A stretch of 64,000 bases of DNA. It comes from a bacterium (lineage in GTDB: Bacteria > Patescibacteriota > Minisyncoccia > Minisyncoccales > RBG-13-42-11). The notes beneath the pieces are model-generated. The model did no database searches. It was not told the DNA's origin and saw nothing but the letters and a program-made list of their open reading frames with translations. This document shows, piece by piece, positions 44,549-54,972 of this stretch (position 1 is the stretch's first letter; the number at the start of each line of letters is the position of its first letter). The stretch lies in the NCBI GenBank assembly GCA_043817685.1, contig JBDRGQ010000004.1, positions 10,842 to 74,841 of the forward strand, in the 5' to 3' direction. The translations under genes and the position numbers were made by a program.

Positions 44549-46712
44549 CGGCAAACCTAAGAGAAAATTAAGATTATTTAACTTTTTTACCTTACCAGAT
44601 GAAATAAAGAAATGGATATTGGGAGTTATAATTCTGGTTATAGCCATTATTGTGGCTTTAAGTTTTTTTGACTTAGCTGGAGTAGCAGGTAAGGCGATTA
44701 TGAAAAGCCTTACTTTTTTAATTGGTAATGGTGTTTTTATCCTTCCCTTAATCCTTGCCTTGGGAGGATTAGCTTTCTTTAATACCAAATACGATAAATT
44801 CATGAGTCCCTCTATTTTAGCTATGTTTTTATTAGTAGTAGGAATATCAGGAGCATTAGAGAGTTTTGATATGGGAGACAGGAATGGGGGGTGGTTAGGA
44901 TACGTTGTCACTTGGCCTGTTATTAAGTTTTTTGGCCAATTAGTAGGTGAAATAATATTTTCCGGAATAATATTGATAGGCGCTTTGATATTTTGGCATC
45001 TAATGAAACCAACTCCGAAATTACAGGAAAAGATAGATAAAATAGAATTGGAGAAAAAACCTTCTTTTATTAAACAGATTTTTGCACCTAGATTAAGGGT
45101 AAAAGAACTGGAACCTAAGCCCAGGGAAGAATCTCTGAAGCAAAAAATATCTTTAGATCTAATGTCAAAAGAAGTTCCAACTTCTAGAGTTTCTGTTGGA
45201 GAGTACAAAATTCCTCCTTTAGATTTATTAGAGGACGATAAGGGAGAGCCAACAGCTGGGGATACGATTACAAATTCCGCAATAATCAAAAAGACTTTAG
45301 GGAACTTTGGTTTGAGGGTGGAAATGTCGGGAATTGTCATAGGTCCTACTGTAACCCAATATAGTTTAAAGCCGGCAGAAGGGGTTAAACTTTCCAAAAT
45401 TACCAGTCTTTCCAATAATTTATCTTTAGCCTTGGCCAGTCATCCTATCAGAATAGAAGCTCCTATTCCTGGAAAATCTTTAGTCGGAATAGAAGTGCCC
45501 AACAAAGAAAGGTGCAGGGTTGGATTAAAAGAATTGATAGCTCATCCTGAATTCCAGAAGAATACTTCTAATCTGATAATTGCTTTGGGTAAAGATGTTT
45601 CAGGCACTAATTGTTATGCGGATTTAATAAAAATGCCGCATCTGTTGGTCGCTGGAGCTACGGGAACGGGGAAAACGATATTTTTGAATAGTTTAATTTT
45701 AGGTTTGCTTTATCAAAATTCCCCGGATATTATGAGAATTATTCTTATTGATCCTAAAAGAGTGGAATTTTCAGCCTACAAAGAACTGCCTCATCTTTTG
45801 TGCCCTGTTATCTATGATGCCCAGAAATCCATTAATGCTTTAAAGTGGTTGGTGTCTGAAATGGAAAGAAGGTTTGAGGTTTTAGCCAGTAACGGATCCA
45901 GGAATATGGCCAGTTATAATCAAAAAGCCGTGAAAGACGGAGAAGGCCCTTTGCCTTACATTATATTAATTATAGATGAATTAGCCGACTTAATGGCTGC
46001 AAAAGGAAGGGAAATGGAGGCTGGCATAGTGAGGTTGGCTCAGATGGCCAGAGCGGTCGGTATCCACCTTGTTCTAGCCACTCAGAGGCCTTCCGTAGAG
46101 GTAATAACCGGTCTTATTAAAGCTAATATTACTTCTAGAGTAACTTTCCAGGTGGCCTCTCAGGTTGATTCAAGAACTGTTTTAGACATGTCTGGAGCCG
46201 AGAAATTATTAGGGGCTGGAGATTTATTATTTATATCAGCTGATCAGGGAAAACCAAAGAGAATTCAGGGAGCTTATGCTACTGAAAAAGAAGTTAGGAA
46301 AGTTGTGGAGTTCGTTAAAAGTAATAACGGTCACTTAAGACCCGAAGAAGAAGAAAGAGCAAACATAGAAGAAATTACTGAGAATCATTTAGCTCAAGAT
46401 CTGCAAAGAACATTGGAAAGTGGGGGAGGTGCGGATTTTAATGGCGGGAATGAAAGGGACGATCCTTTGTACGAAGAAGCCAAGAGAACAGTTATAGAAT
46501 CCAAGAAAGCTTCAGCTTCTTTATTACAGAGAAGGTTAAGGATTGGCTATGCCAGGGCAGCCAGATTATTGGATATTTTGGAAGGAAAAGGAATTGTTGG
46601 CCCTGGAGAAGGAGCAAAACCCAGAGAAGTTTATACTTCCTCTAGTTTTAGTGATACCATTTCTAATGAGTCTGGAGAAAATAATGAAGATGACGAATGG
46701 AGAAAAGTTTAA
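44511..46712 (+). CDS. ftsK: DNA translocase FtsK/SpoIIIE
   Basis: An N-terminal membrane domain is followed by a Walker A motif (GATGTGKT) and Walker B (IDELADLM). A C-terminal gamma winged-helix is present. The start overlaps the rpoC end by 38 nt in another frame. Confidence 0.85.
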   Translation: MKKKNSKKRALNSGKPKRKLRLFNFFTLPDEIKKWILGVIILVIAIIVALSFFDLAGVAGKAIMKSLTFLIGNGVFILPLILALGGLAFFNTKYDKFMSPSILAMFLLVVGISGALESFDMGDRNGGWLGYVVTWPVIKFFGQLVGEIIFSGIILIGALIFWHLMKPTPKLQEKIDKIELEKKPSFIKQIFAPRLRVKELEPKPREESLKQKISLDLMSKEVPTSRVSVGEYKIPPLDLLEDDKGEPTAGDTITNSAIIKKTLGNFGLRVEMSGIVIGPTVTQYSLKPAEGVKLSKITSLSNNLSLALASHPIRIEAPIPGKSLVGIEVPNKERCRVGLKELIAHPEFQKNTSNLIIALGKDVSGTNCYADLIKMPHLLVAGATGTGKTIFLNSLILGLLYQNSPDIMRIILIDPKRVEFSAYKELPHLLCPVIYDAQKSINALKWLVSEMERRFEVLASNGSRNMASYNQKAVKDGEGPLPYIILIIDELADLMAAKGREMEAGIVRLAQMARAVGIHLVLATQRPSVEVITGLIKANITSRVTFQVASQVDSRTVLDMSGAEKLLGAGDLLFISADQGKPKRIQGAYATEKEVRKVVEFVKSNNGHLRPEEEERANIEEITENHLAQDLQRTLESGGGADFNGGNERDDPLYEEAKRTVIESKKASASLLQRRLRIGYARAARLLDILEGKGIVGPGEGAKPREVYTSSSFSDTISNESGENNEDDEWRKV

Positions 46713-46734
46713 ATAATTTTGCTATAATTAACCC

Positions 46735-47727
46735 ATGGTAAAGAAAAAAGAAAAAACAGAAATAGAGAATTTACAAGAAGCTGTAGACGAAATAAAGCAG
46801 AGATTCGGAGAAGGGGCGATAATGAAATTAAAGGAAGTTACAGCCGTAGATGTAGACGCTATTTCTTCTGGGTCTCCTTCTTTGGACATAGCTTTAGGAG
46901 TTGGAGGTGTTCCTAGAGGAAGAATAATTGAGATATTCGGTCCTGAAAGTTCAGGTAAGACAACATTAGCTTTACATATATTGGCTGAAGCCCAAAAACA
47001 AAAAGGAGTCGGCGCTTTTATTGATGCAGAACACGCTTTAGACCCTGATTACGCAAAGAAAATAGGGGTGAATGTGGATGATTTATTGATATCCCAGCCA
47101 GATTCTGGAGAGCAGGCTCTACAGATAGTGGAAACTTTGGTTAGGTCAGGAGAAGTAGATGTGATAGTCATTGATTCAGTAGCAGCTTTAGTCCCTAGAG
47201 CTGAAATAGCTGGAGAAATGGGAGAATATCAAATAGGTCTACAAGCCAGGCTTATGAGTCAGGCCTTAAGAAAGCTTTCAGGTATTGTTTTAAAGACTAA
47301 GACGGTAGTTATATTCTTAAATCAACTCAGAATGAAAATAGGAATTATGTTTGGAAATCCCGAAACCACTTCTGGAGGAATGGCTTTGAAATTCTACGCT
47401 TCCGTCAGGATAGACCTCAGGAGAATAGCTCAGATAAAGAAAGGGGATGAAGTAACAGGCTCCAGAATTAAAGTTAAAATAGTTAAAAATAAAGTAGCCC
47501 CTCCGTTTAAAACTACTGAACTTGATATATTTTATAACGAAGGAATTTCTTATTTTACTGATATTTTAGGTATTGGGATAAAAGCGGGCATCGTTAAGAA
47601 ATCAGGATCCTGGTTACAGTTTGAAGATGTAAAGCTTGGACAAGGAATGGAAGGAGCAAAAGAATTCTTAAGAAGCAATCCTGACGTAGTAAAAAAAATA
47701 AGAGCTCAGCTATCGCTAAGCTCTTAA
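46735..47727 (+). CDS. recA: Recombinase RecA
   Basis: [18 protein letters not shown] and the L2 loop are present. Length is 330 aa. Confidence 0.95.
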   Translation: MVKKKEKTEIENLQEAVDEIKQRFGEGAIMKLKEVTAVDVDAISSGSPSLDIALGVGGVPRGRIIEIFGPESSGKTTLALHILAEAQKQKGVGAFIDAEHALDPDYAKKIGVNVDDLLISQPDSGEQALQIVETLVRSGEVDVIVIDSVAALVPRAEIAGEMGEYQIGLQARLMSQALRKLSGIVLKTKTVVIFLNQLRMKIGIMFGNPETTSGGMALKFYASVRIDLRRIAQIKKGDEVTGSRIKVKIVKNKVAPPFKTTELDIFYNEGISYFTDILGIGIKAGIVKKSGSWLQFEDVKLGQGMEGAKEFLRSNPDVVKKIRAQLSLSS

Positions 47728-47749
47728 ATTCAAATCTGGAATACAATAA

Positions 47750-47947
47750 TTATTTAGATACTGCGGAAAGTAAACCCAAATGTCTAGCTCTATTTATGGC
47801 TCGAGTTAGTCTTCTTTGATGACTGGAACAAATTCCGGTCTTTTTCTTTCCTTTAATCTTTCCCGAACTGGAAATAAACTTATTTAACAATTGAGTTTCT
47901 TTGAAATCTATTTCTTTTATGTTTCTTTGACAGAAAAAACAGTTCAT
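47750..47947 (-). CDS. rpsR: 30S ribosomal protein S18
   Basis: CFFCQ and the RRLTRAIKRAR-like region (RRLTRAINRARHLGLL) are present. Confidence 0.85.
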   Translation of the reverse strand: MNCFFCQRNIKEIDFKETQLLNKFISSSGKIKGKKKTGICSSHQRRLTRAINRARHLGLLSAVSK

Positions 47948-47951
47948 ATGT

Positions 47952-48392
47952 TTAGAAGGGTATATCTTTTACATCTATTTCTTGATCTTCTTCTATAACA
48001 GGAATATCTTCTTGGGCAACATCCTCTTTTTGAGATGTATCATTTTGTTTGTTTGTAGCGGAAGCGGACCTAGGGCCTAGCTGTATATTTTGGGTTATAA
48101 TTTCAGTTCTGTATTTTGTATTTCCTGAGTTATCTTTCCAGCTTCTAGTTCTAATTCTTCCTTCTATTAAAACTAAAGACCCTTTGTTCATATATTGGGA
48201 AGCTATATCTGCTAGTCTTCCGAAAGCTACAATATTATGGAACTCAGTCTGTTGCTGTTTTTGCCCTGCTTTATCAGTATAAAAATTATCTGTGGCTAAT
48301 GAAAAAGAGGTTACTGATTGTCCAGAAGGCAATGCCTTAGATTCAGGATCTCTTGTAAGCCTACCTATTAAAATTGCTTTATTAAGATTCAT
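47952..48392 (-). CDS. ssb: Single-stranded DNA-binding protein
   Basis: An OB fold is present (NKAILIGRLTRDPE), and the acidic tail ends in DIPF. Confidence 0.85.
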   Translation of the reverse strand: MNLNKAILIGRLTRDPESKALPSGQSVTSFSLATDNFYTDKAGQKQQQTEFHNIVAFGRLADIASQYMNKGSLVLIEGRIRTRSWKDNSGNTKYRTEIITQNIQLGPRSASATNKQNDTSQKEDVAQEDIPVIEEDQEIDVKDIPF

Positions 48393-48801
48393 TGAGAATT
48401 TCGTCTAATTTTTTCTCTATTTCTTTTAATTCGACCTTTTTTTCTTGAATGGTTGGTTCTTTTGTTTCAACCAAAGGTTTTCCTCTAGCTAGATGAGGCC
48501 TTACTTTTAAGGTCTTTTGTTTTTCTTTTATAACAAGAATATATCTTAAAATTTCTTTTTCTTCCTTTAATTGTTTTTCCAAATCAGCTATTTTCCCAGG
48601 CAAAGCGTTGAATGTTGCAACGGCCATATAAGATTGTTCTTTCTTTTGAATAGGGTAGGCTAATTTCTTTCTTAAAATTACATTTCCTTCTTCTAAAATA
48701 CCCTGGTCTGCAATAAAAGAATTGACTTTTGTTTGAAAAGCCCTAGCTTCTTCCTCCGATAAATCCGGAGTTATTAGATATGTCAGTTCGTAATATTTCA
48801 T
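48382..48801 (-). CDS. rpsF: 30S ribosomal protein S6
   Basis: The N-terminus MKYYELTYLITPDLSEEE is an S6 signature. It heads the rpsF-ssb-rpsR operon. Confidence 0.85.
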   Translation of the reverse strand: MKYYELTYLITPDLSEEEARAFQTKVNSFIADQGILEEGNVILRKKLAYPIQKKEQSYMAVATFNALPGKIADLEKQLKEEKEILRYILVIKEKQKTLKVRPHLARGKPLVETKEPTIQEKKVELKEIEKKLDEILNES

Positions 48802-48884
48802 GACTTAAATTATAGCAGGCAATCCTCCTTTGGTCAAGAAGAAAATTAACTGAGTAATCCATTAAAACATGATATAATATTCGT

Positions 48885-50231
48885 ATGCAAACAAATCCTG
48901 TCATATTCAAAGCTTACGATATTAGAGGAGTTTTTCCTCAAGACTTTAATGAAGAATCAGCTTACCTTATTGGTAGGGCTTTTGTGGATTTTCTTAAGAA
49001 AAATAACCCTAAAATAGTGGTAGGAAAAGATAATCGTTCTTCTTCCCCTAGGATATTTAAGTCTTTAGTAAAGGGAATCGTAGAGGGAGGTGGAACGGTT
49101 TTTGATGTAGAAATGGTGACAACCCCGCTTTTTTATTTTTCTGTTGTTAGTCTTAAAGCAGACGGGGGAATAAATATTACGGCTTCCCATAATCCTCCGC
49201 AATACAATGGATTCAAAATAACTAGAGAGAAAGCCATACCAGTAAGCGAGGATACTGGATTGCAGGAAATTAAAAAAATCGCTTTATCAGGTGAATTTAA
49301 GAAAAAAGGAAAAGGAAAGATTGTAAAGAAAAATACAATAGAAGCTTATGTTAAATTCAATTGTAAGCCTTTTAAACTTAAGAAACAAAAATCTTTAAAG
49401 ATCATTATAGATACAGCAAATGCAGTATCTGGCATTTTAATCCCTAGATTCTTTGAAAAGACAAAGCATAAAATAACTCATTTGTACGCTAAATTAGATG
49501 GTTCTTTCCCTAATCACAATCCTGATCCATTGATAAAAGAAAATTTAAAAATGATTCGTAGAAAGGTCAAAGAAAAAAAAGCTAATTTAGGAATAGCTTT
49601 TGACGGAGACGGAGATAGAATGTTTTTTATAGACGAAAAAGGAGAAGTTGTTTCTGGGGATTTAATTACCGCTTTAATGACAGACTTAATTTTAAAGAAA
49701 AACCCAGGACAGAAAGTTATTTACGATATCAGATCTAGTAATGTGATAAAAGAAATAGCCAAAGAAAACAAGGGGAAAGCTTTAGGAGGAAGAATAGGTC
49801 ATTCTCTAATCAAAGAATCAATGAGGAAAAACAATGTTATTTTTGCAGGGGAATTATCAGGCCATTATTATTTTAAAGATCATTATTTTTGTGAGGCTCC
49901 CTTTGCTGTTTTGTTTAATGTTTTGGATGAATTATCTAAAAGAAACATAGCCCTTTCGGAATTAATAAAACCATATAAACGATATTACCATTCAGGCGAG
50001 ATTAATTTTGAAGTAAAAAATAAAAAAAGAGTCTTAAAAGCCCTGGAAGAAAAGTTTAAAAATAAAGGTAAAATCTTGAAAATAGACGGGTTAAGGATGG
50101 ATTTTAATGACTGGTGGTTTTTGGTGCGTCCTTCCAATACAGAACCTGTTATTAGACTTGTATTAGAGGCTAAAAATAAAAAAACTTTAGATCAAAAGAC
50201 CCATCTTCTTTCTAACATCCTGCATGGTTGA
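48885..50231 (+). CDS. Phosphomannomutase/phosphoglucomutase (alpha-D-phosphohexomutase)
   Basis: FKAYDIRG is present, with the active-site Ser in TASHNPPQYNGFK and a metal-binding DGDGDR motif. Confidence 0.8.
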   Translation: MQTNPVIFKAYDIRGVFPQDFNEESAYLIGRAFVDFLKKNNPKIVVGKDNRSSSPRIFKSLVKGIVEGGGTVFDVEMVTTPLFYFSVVSLKADGGINITASHNPPQYNGFKITREKAIPVSEDTGLQEIKKIALSGEFKKKGKGKIVKKNTIEAYVKFNCKPFKLKKQKSLKIIIDTANAVSGILIPRFFEKTKHKITHLYAKLDGSFPNHNPDPLIKENLKMIRRKVKEKKANLGIAFDGDGDRMFFIDEKGEVVSGDLITALMTDLILKKNPGQKVIYDIRSSNVIKEIAKENKGKALGGRIGHSLIKESMRKNNVIFAGELSGHYYFKDHYFCEAPFAVLFNVLDELSKRNIALSELIKPYKRYYHSGEINFEVKNKKRVLKALEEKFKNKGKILKIDGLRMDFNDWWFLVRPSNTEPVIRLVLEAKNKKTLDQKTHLLSNILHG

Positions 50232-51167
50232 TTGGGCAATGCTACTTGCTCTTTTAGCTCCTCTGTTTAAAATTTCTTGTACGTACACTTCTCTGGAGAG
50301 AAGTTCTTTTTTCTTTTTACGGAATGGTTCTAAATAATTTATGGTTAGCTCCGTTAAAGATTTTTTTAAATCAGCATATCCTTTTTTCTTAAACTTCTTT
50401 TCTAAATCCTTTATAGTTTTACCTGATAATAAAGAATATATGGTTAAGAGGTTGGAAACGCCAGCTTTTTTCTTTGGATCGTACTTTATTATTTTTCCCG
50501 TGTCAGTCACTGCTCTCATGAATTTCTTCTTTATTTCATCTGGTTCATCAAATAATCCTATGTAAGTATCTGGTCCGTCAGTCTTTGACATTTTTTTATT
50601 AGGATTTTGAAGATTCAGTATTTTAGCTCCGAATTTAGCCATTCTGGACTCAGGGATTTTAAAGGTTTGCCCGAACTTTTGATTGAATTTTCTGGCTATT
50701 GTTCTGGCCAATTCAACATGCTGTTTTTGGTCTTCTCCCACAGGAACTAAGTCTGTCTGATACAAAAGGATATCAGCCGCCATTAATATGGGGTAGTTTA
50801 ATAGTCCCGCATTCAAATCATTTTTAAATTTTTTCGCTTTTTCTTTATACTGAGTCATTCTTCCCAGATCTCCGACCGGGGTAACGGTATTTAAAAGCCA
50901 AGCTAATTCAGTGTGTTCTTTGACTTGGGATTGGACGAAAATAATAGATTTTTCTGGATTAATTCCGGCCGCCAGATAGGTTGCCGCCTTTTCTAGAATC
51001 ATTTCTTTGAGTTTTTTAGGATCGTAGGGAACTGTTAAAGAATGTAAATCAACAATACAGAAAATAGATTCTGCTTTATTTTGTAATTCTATCCATTGTT
51101 TTATAGCTCCCAAATAATTCCCTATATGTATTGGTCCTGTTGGTTGTATTCCTGAAAAAACCCTCAT
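50187..51167 (-). CDS. trpS: Tryptophan--tRNA ligase
   Basis: Class I HIGH motif (PTGPIHIGNYLG) and KMSKS motif (KMSKT) are present. Length is 326 aa. Confidence 0.9.
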   Translation of the reverse strand: MRVFSGIQPTGPIHIGNYLGAIKQWIELQNKAESIFCIVDLHSLTVPYDPKKLKEMILEKAATYLAAGINPEKSIIFVQSQVKEHTELAWLLNTVTPVGDLGRMTQYKEKAKKFKNDLNAGLLNYPILMAADILLYQTDLVPVGEDQKQHVELARTIARKFNQKFGQTFKIPESRMAKFGAKILNLQNPNKKMSKTDGPDTYIGLFDEPDEIKKKFMRAVTDTGKIIKYDPKKKAGVSNLLTIYSLLSGKTIKDLEKKFKKKGYADLKKSLTELTINYLEPFRKKKKELLSREVYVQEILNRGAKRASSIAQSTMQDVRKKMGLLI

Positions 51168-51169
51168 AT

Positions 51170-52858
51170 TTAGACTTCAATTATTACCGGAATAACTATA
51201 GGTCTTCTTTGTGTTTTATAAAATAGGAATTGTCCTACCTTGTTTCTTATTTCGTCTTTCATGTAAGTCCAATTCACAATTCCGTTTGATCCGGAAGCCT
51301 GGTTTATTATTCCTATTACTTTTTTCCTAGTTTCTTTTAAGAGATCTTTGGATTCTCTTAAATAAACGAATCCTCTAGATATTATATCAGGAGAGCCCTT
51401 AACCTTACCAGTCTGTCTGTCTATGACAGTTACAATAACAAACATTCCGTCTTTTGCCAGCATCTGTCTATCTCTTAATACAATCTCTCCGACGTCTCCT
51501 ATGCCCAGGCCATCCACCATGACATAGTTTGAAGGAACCTTTCCTTTTTCTATAGTGTATCCCTTTGGGGTAAGATTGATAATCTGCCCATTTTCACCTA
51601 TTATAACATTCTTTTCTGGAATGCCAGATTCTTTAGCCAGTTCTCCGTGGGCAACTAACATGGAATATTGTCCGTGGATAGGTAGGAAAAATTTAGGTTT
51701 CATCATATTTATCATTTCCTTTAATTCCTCTTCTTGTCCATGTCCTCCAGCATGGATATCCATCATCTTATAATGGAAGACTTTAACTCCTTGTCTTAAT
51801 ATTCCGTCTTTCAACATCTGAACAGTTCTTTCGTTCCCAGGAATAACGGAAGAAGAAAGGATGACATCATCTCCTCTTTTAAGATGTATGGCTTTGTGTT
51901 CTTTCATCGCCATTCTCATCAAGGCGGCTGATTCTTCTCCTTGAGCTCCCGTACAGATTATTGTAATTTTTGAGTCAGGATAATTGTTTATTTCTTTATT
52001 TTTAATCAGGGTCTCCTTTTTAACTTTTATGTGCCCCAGGGTTTTACAGATTTCTACGTTTGTTTTCATGGAATGCCCTTCTATTACTACTTTCCTCCCG
52101 TATTTTTCAGACAATGATATTATCTGTTGGATTCTGTTTATCAAAGAAGAAAAAGTAGCTGCAATAATTCTACCGGATGATTTTTTGAATATTTCTTCCA
52201 AGTTTTTTTCAATAGTTTTTTCGGATAAAGAATGGTTTTCTTGTTCAGCTCCCGTGGAGTCAGACATTAACAAAAGAATACCTCTTTTTCCTATCTCTTT
52301 CAGTTTTTCAAAGTTCGTCGGTCTATCATTTACCGGACTATCATCAAACTTAAAGTCGGAAGTATCTATTATATTTCCGACAGGAGTTTTAATTACCATC
52401 CCTAAATTATCCGGTATGTTATGGTTCTGTCTGAAGAATTCCACCTCAAAGGGACCAAGCTTTATTTTTGATCCATCTCTGACCTCGTTAACTCTTAAAG
52501 GAGGTTGTCCCGGAAAGTCTTCCTGTCTTTTTAGTATTATTCCTCTAGTTAAAGCAGATGCGAAAAATTCCAAATGGGGATGCCATATTTTAGGCAATAA
52601 ATAAGGGATAGCCCCTATGTGATCATAATGTCCGTGGGTGAAAACAACTCCTAAGATATTCTTATTTTTCCCTTTTAAATATCCGATGTTAGGTACGATG
52701 AAATCAATACCGGGCATGTCTTCTTCTGGCATTCTGAATCCTATGTCAATTATCAGGATTTTATCTTGATATTCCAAAAGCATCATGTTTCTTCCGACCT
52801 CTCCCAGCCCTCCGAGGGGAATGATTTTTAATTTATTTTGAGTATATTTTTTAGGCAT
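51170..52858 (-). CDS. rnj: Ribonuclease J (metallo-beta-lactamase/beta-CASP)
   Basis: The FTHGHYDHIG motif is present, with beta-CASP and a C-terminal domain. Length is 562 aa. Confidence 0.85.
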   Translation of the reverse strand: MPKKYTQNKLKIIPLGGLGEVGRNMMLLEYQDKILIIDIGFRMPEEDMPGIDFIVPNIGYLKGKNKNILGVVFTHGHYDHIGAIPYLLPKIWHPHLEFFASALTRGIILKRQEDFPGQPPLRVNEVRDGSKIKLGPFEVEFFRQNHNIPDNLGMVIKTPVGNIIDTSDFKFDDSPVNDRPTNFEKLKEIGKRGILLLMSDSTGAEQENHSLSEKTIEKNLEEIFKKSSGRIIAATFSSLINRIQQIISLSEKYGRKVVIEGHSMKTNVEICKTLGHIKVKKETLIKNKEINNYPDSKITIICTGAQGEESAALMRMAMKEHKAIHLKRGDDVILSSSVIPGNERTVQMLKDGILRQGVKVFHYKMMDIHAGGHGQEEELKEMINMMKPKFFLPIHGQYSMLVAHGELAKESGIPEKNVIIGENGQIINLTPKGYTIEKGKVPSNYVMVDGLGIGDVGEIVLRDRQMLAKDGMFVIVTVIDRQTGKVKGSPDIISRGFVYLRESKDLLKETRKKVIGIINQASGSNGIVNWTYMKDEIRNKVGQFLFYKTQRRPIVIPVIIEV

Positions 52859-52993
52859 ATTTTATTTAACTAAATTGATTATTTTGTTTTTTTTGAATGA
52901 ATTAAATTATTTTTTTTAGCTGTGATTTTAAATATTTTTTTCCCAATCTTCAACTTCAAAAAAGCGATTTTTAGTTTTTTCATATGTTTAAAG

Positions 52994-53075
52994 TGCGGAT
53001 GGTGGGATTCGAACCCACAAGCCTTGCGGCATACGATTCTGAATCGTACGCGTATTCCAGTTCCGCCACACCCGC
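52994..53075 (-). tRNA. tRNA-Leu (anticodon CAG)
   Basis: Reverse complement is GCGGGTGTGGCGGAACTGGAATACGCG-TACGA-TTCAGAA-TCGTA-TGCCGCAAGGCTTGT-GTGGGTTCGAATCCCAC-CATCCGC-A. It has a long variable arm, and the acceptor pairs with one G-U wobble. Confidence 0.85.
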
Positions 53076-53083
53076 TTAATGGG

Positions 53084-53968
53084 TTAACAAAGTTTCTCTT
53101 TCTTTATAAATTTCCTTATTTCTTTCCCGTATTCTGGATGTTTTAAAGCGAGATATGTGTTTGTTTTAAGATAAGCTAATTTGTTTCCACATTCCATCCA
53201 TTTCCCCTCAAATTCGTATCCGTAAATTTCTTTCCCCTTTTCAGCCATATTGCTCAAAATTTCTGTTATAGAAATATCTGTTTTCAAATCAAACTTTATT
53301 CTACTTAGAATATCAAATATTTCAGGAGTTATTATGTATTTTCCAACTACAGCCAGATTGGAGGGAGCTTTTTTAACAGTGGGAGGTTTTTCTACGAACT
53401 TGTTTATTTTAAAAATACGGGGAGATATTTTTTTAACGTCTGCCATCCCGTAGTATTTAAAACTTTCTTTAGGGACCCTATAAAGAGCCACAACAGGTCT
53501 TTTATATTTTTCAAAAACTTTTATCAACTGCTTAGTGCAAGGAATCTTGGAATCAACTAAGTCGTCTGACCAAAGAACTGCGCAAGGTTCGTTTTTAATC
53601 CATTTTTTAGCCTGCAGTACAGCGTGAGCTGCTCCCAAAGGAGCTTTCTGGAATACCTGTCTGAAAGTTATTTCTTTAGCAAATCTTTCCATCTTAATAA
53701 TTTTTTTCAATAGATCATTTTTCCCTCTTTTTTTGAGAAATGTTTTTAATTTATCATCGGGCTTAAAATAATTTAAAACATCTTTTTTTTCTGGCCTGTT
53801 AACAAAAATAACTTCCTTTATCCCGGAATTTCTTATTTCCTCTAAGAGATATTGTAAAATAGGCAAGTCTACTAAAGGGAATAATTCTTTCGAAAGGGTT
53901 TTGCTGAAAGGCAAAAATCTTGTTCCAAGTCCCGCGATGGGCAAGATGGCTTTTCTGACTTTTTTCAT
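53084..53968 (-). CDS. galU: UTP--glucose-1-phosphate uridylyltransferase
   Basis: The N-terminus KAILPIAGLGTRFLP and the VEKP motif are present. Confidence 0.8.
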   Translation of the reverse strand: MKKVRKAILPIAGLGTRFLPFSKTLSKELFPLVDLPILQYLLEEIRNSGIKEVIFVNRPEKKDVLNYFKPDDKLKTFLKKRGKNDLLKKIIKMERFAKEITFRQVFQKAPLGAAHAVLQAKKWIKNEPCAVLWSDDLVDSKIPCTKQLIKVFEKYKRPVVALYRVPKESFKYYGMADVKKISPRIFKINKFVEKPPTVKKAPSNLAVVGKYIITPEIFDILSRIKFDLKTDISITEILSNMAEKGKEIYGYEFEGKWMECGNKLAYLKTNTYLALKHPEYGKEIRKFIKKEKLC

Positions 53969-54972
53969 TTATTTAGTTTCTTTTTTATTTCTTCTATTAT
54001 TTTTGTTTGGGTTGGATCTATTTTATAATCCAAGGCCAGATAGTAGGAGGCCCAAAGACCCAAGAGAGTAGTGCTGAATATTGTTTCTAGCACATCCTTA
54101 TTGCCAATGTCAATAATTTCTGTTTTAACTCCTTCTGTTTCGAAAATATTTTCCATTATCTTGGTTCTTTTTAATATCTTGGGATTCTCTTTTTTATCTC
54201 TCAAAATAATGGCTATTATGTCGTCTTTTATTTTTTTCTTTCCTATCTGCCAAAAACCTACTATTTCATTATGATTCATTTCTGGAATATGGTTTGAAAA
54301 AGCTAATGTTTTTGCGTTTTCATTAAAATTGTTCTTTAAAACAAGGCCGAGTCCTTTTAGTTTTTCCGGAGTATATATAAGAGGTATTCTTTTCCCTATT
54401 TTTCTAGCTAGCGCTTTTCCTTTAGATTCTAGATTTTTGGGGTTTAACGCTGTTTCCAGTTTCGTTATCTCGCTGACGAAACTGTCTGGCATTAGATAAT
54501 GGTTGGTTAAAATCTGCAATAGTGCGGCAAACTGCAACCCTAAAGCCAGTCTTGGCTGTATATGTAGAGCAGGTAATAAAACCAGAGGAATATTATTCTT
54601 TTTTGCAATCTTTGCCAGTTCTCCTCCTGTGGTTATGGCAATAGCTGGAAGTTTTCTTTTTAAGGCTTCCTTAAAAGCTGAAAGAGTTTCCTCCGTGTTG
54701 CCGGAATAAGATACACATATAATAATGCTCCCGCCTCCAGCCTGCGGAGGAAGACCGTAGGATTTATGTATAAAAAAGTTTAACGGTCTTAAATTAACTA
54801 AAATTTCTCCAGGCAAAGCAGATCCTCCCATTCCGCAGATTATTATATTATTTGGGGGAGAAACAAGCCTGTAGTGTTTTAAAGATACGTTGCTGGCCGC
54901 CTTCAAACCCTTTTTAAACTGGGAGGGGAAATCCATGATTATTTTTCTCATGTCAGATTTATCTATTTCCAT
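53965..54972 (-). CDS. Bifunctional phosphoglucose/phosphomannose isomerase (SIS domain, archaeal-type PGI/PMI)
   Basis: Tandem SIS-like halves are present (IIICGMGGSALPGE, SYSGNTEETL). Size and layout fit the PGI/PMI family. Confidence 0.6.
   Translation of the reverse strand: MEIDKSDMRKIIMDFPSQFKKGLKAASNVSLKHYRLVSPPNNIIICGMGGSALPGEILVNLRPLNFFIHKSYGLPPQAGGGSIIICVSYSGNTEETLSAFKEALKRKLPAIAITTGGELAKIAKKNNIPLVLLPALHIQPRLALGLQFAALLQILTNHYLMPDSFVSEITKLETALNPKNLESKGKALARKIGKRIPLIYTPEKLKGLGLVLKNNFNENAKTLAFSNHIPEMNHNEIVGFWQIGKKKIKDDIIAIILRDKKENPKILKRTKIMENIFETEGVKTEIIDIGNKDVLETIFSTTLLGLWASYYLALDYKIDPTQTKIIEEIKKKLNK

Noticed and set aside
44483-45415. 310-aa ORF on the minus strand.
   Set aside because: It lies entirely antisense to the well-supported ftsK gene. 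The translation is low-complexity (Ser/Leu/Pro-rich) with no motifs. This is typical of a spurious antisense ORF in AT-rich DNA.
51984-52604. 206-aa + strand ORF.
   Set aside because: It lies fully antisense within RNase J, whose HxHxDH motif and beta-CASP region are clearly intact, and it has no motifs.
52922-53146. 74-aa + strand ORF.
   Set aside because: It overlaps the tRNA-Leu(CAG) gene and the galU 3' end. Its composition is implausible and it is an artefact of the tRNA sequence.
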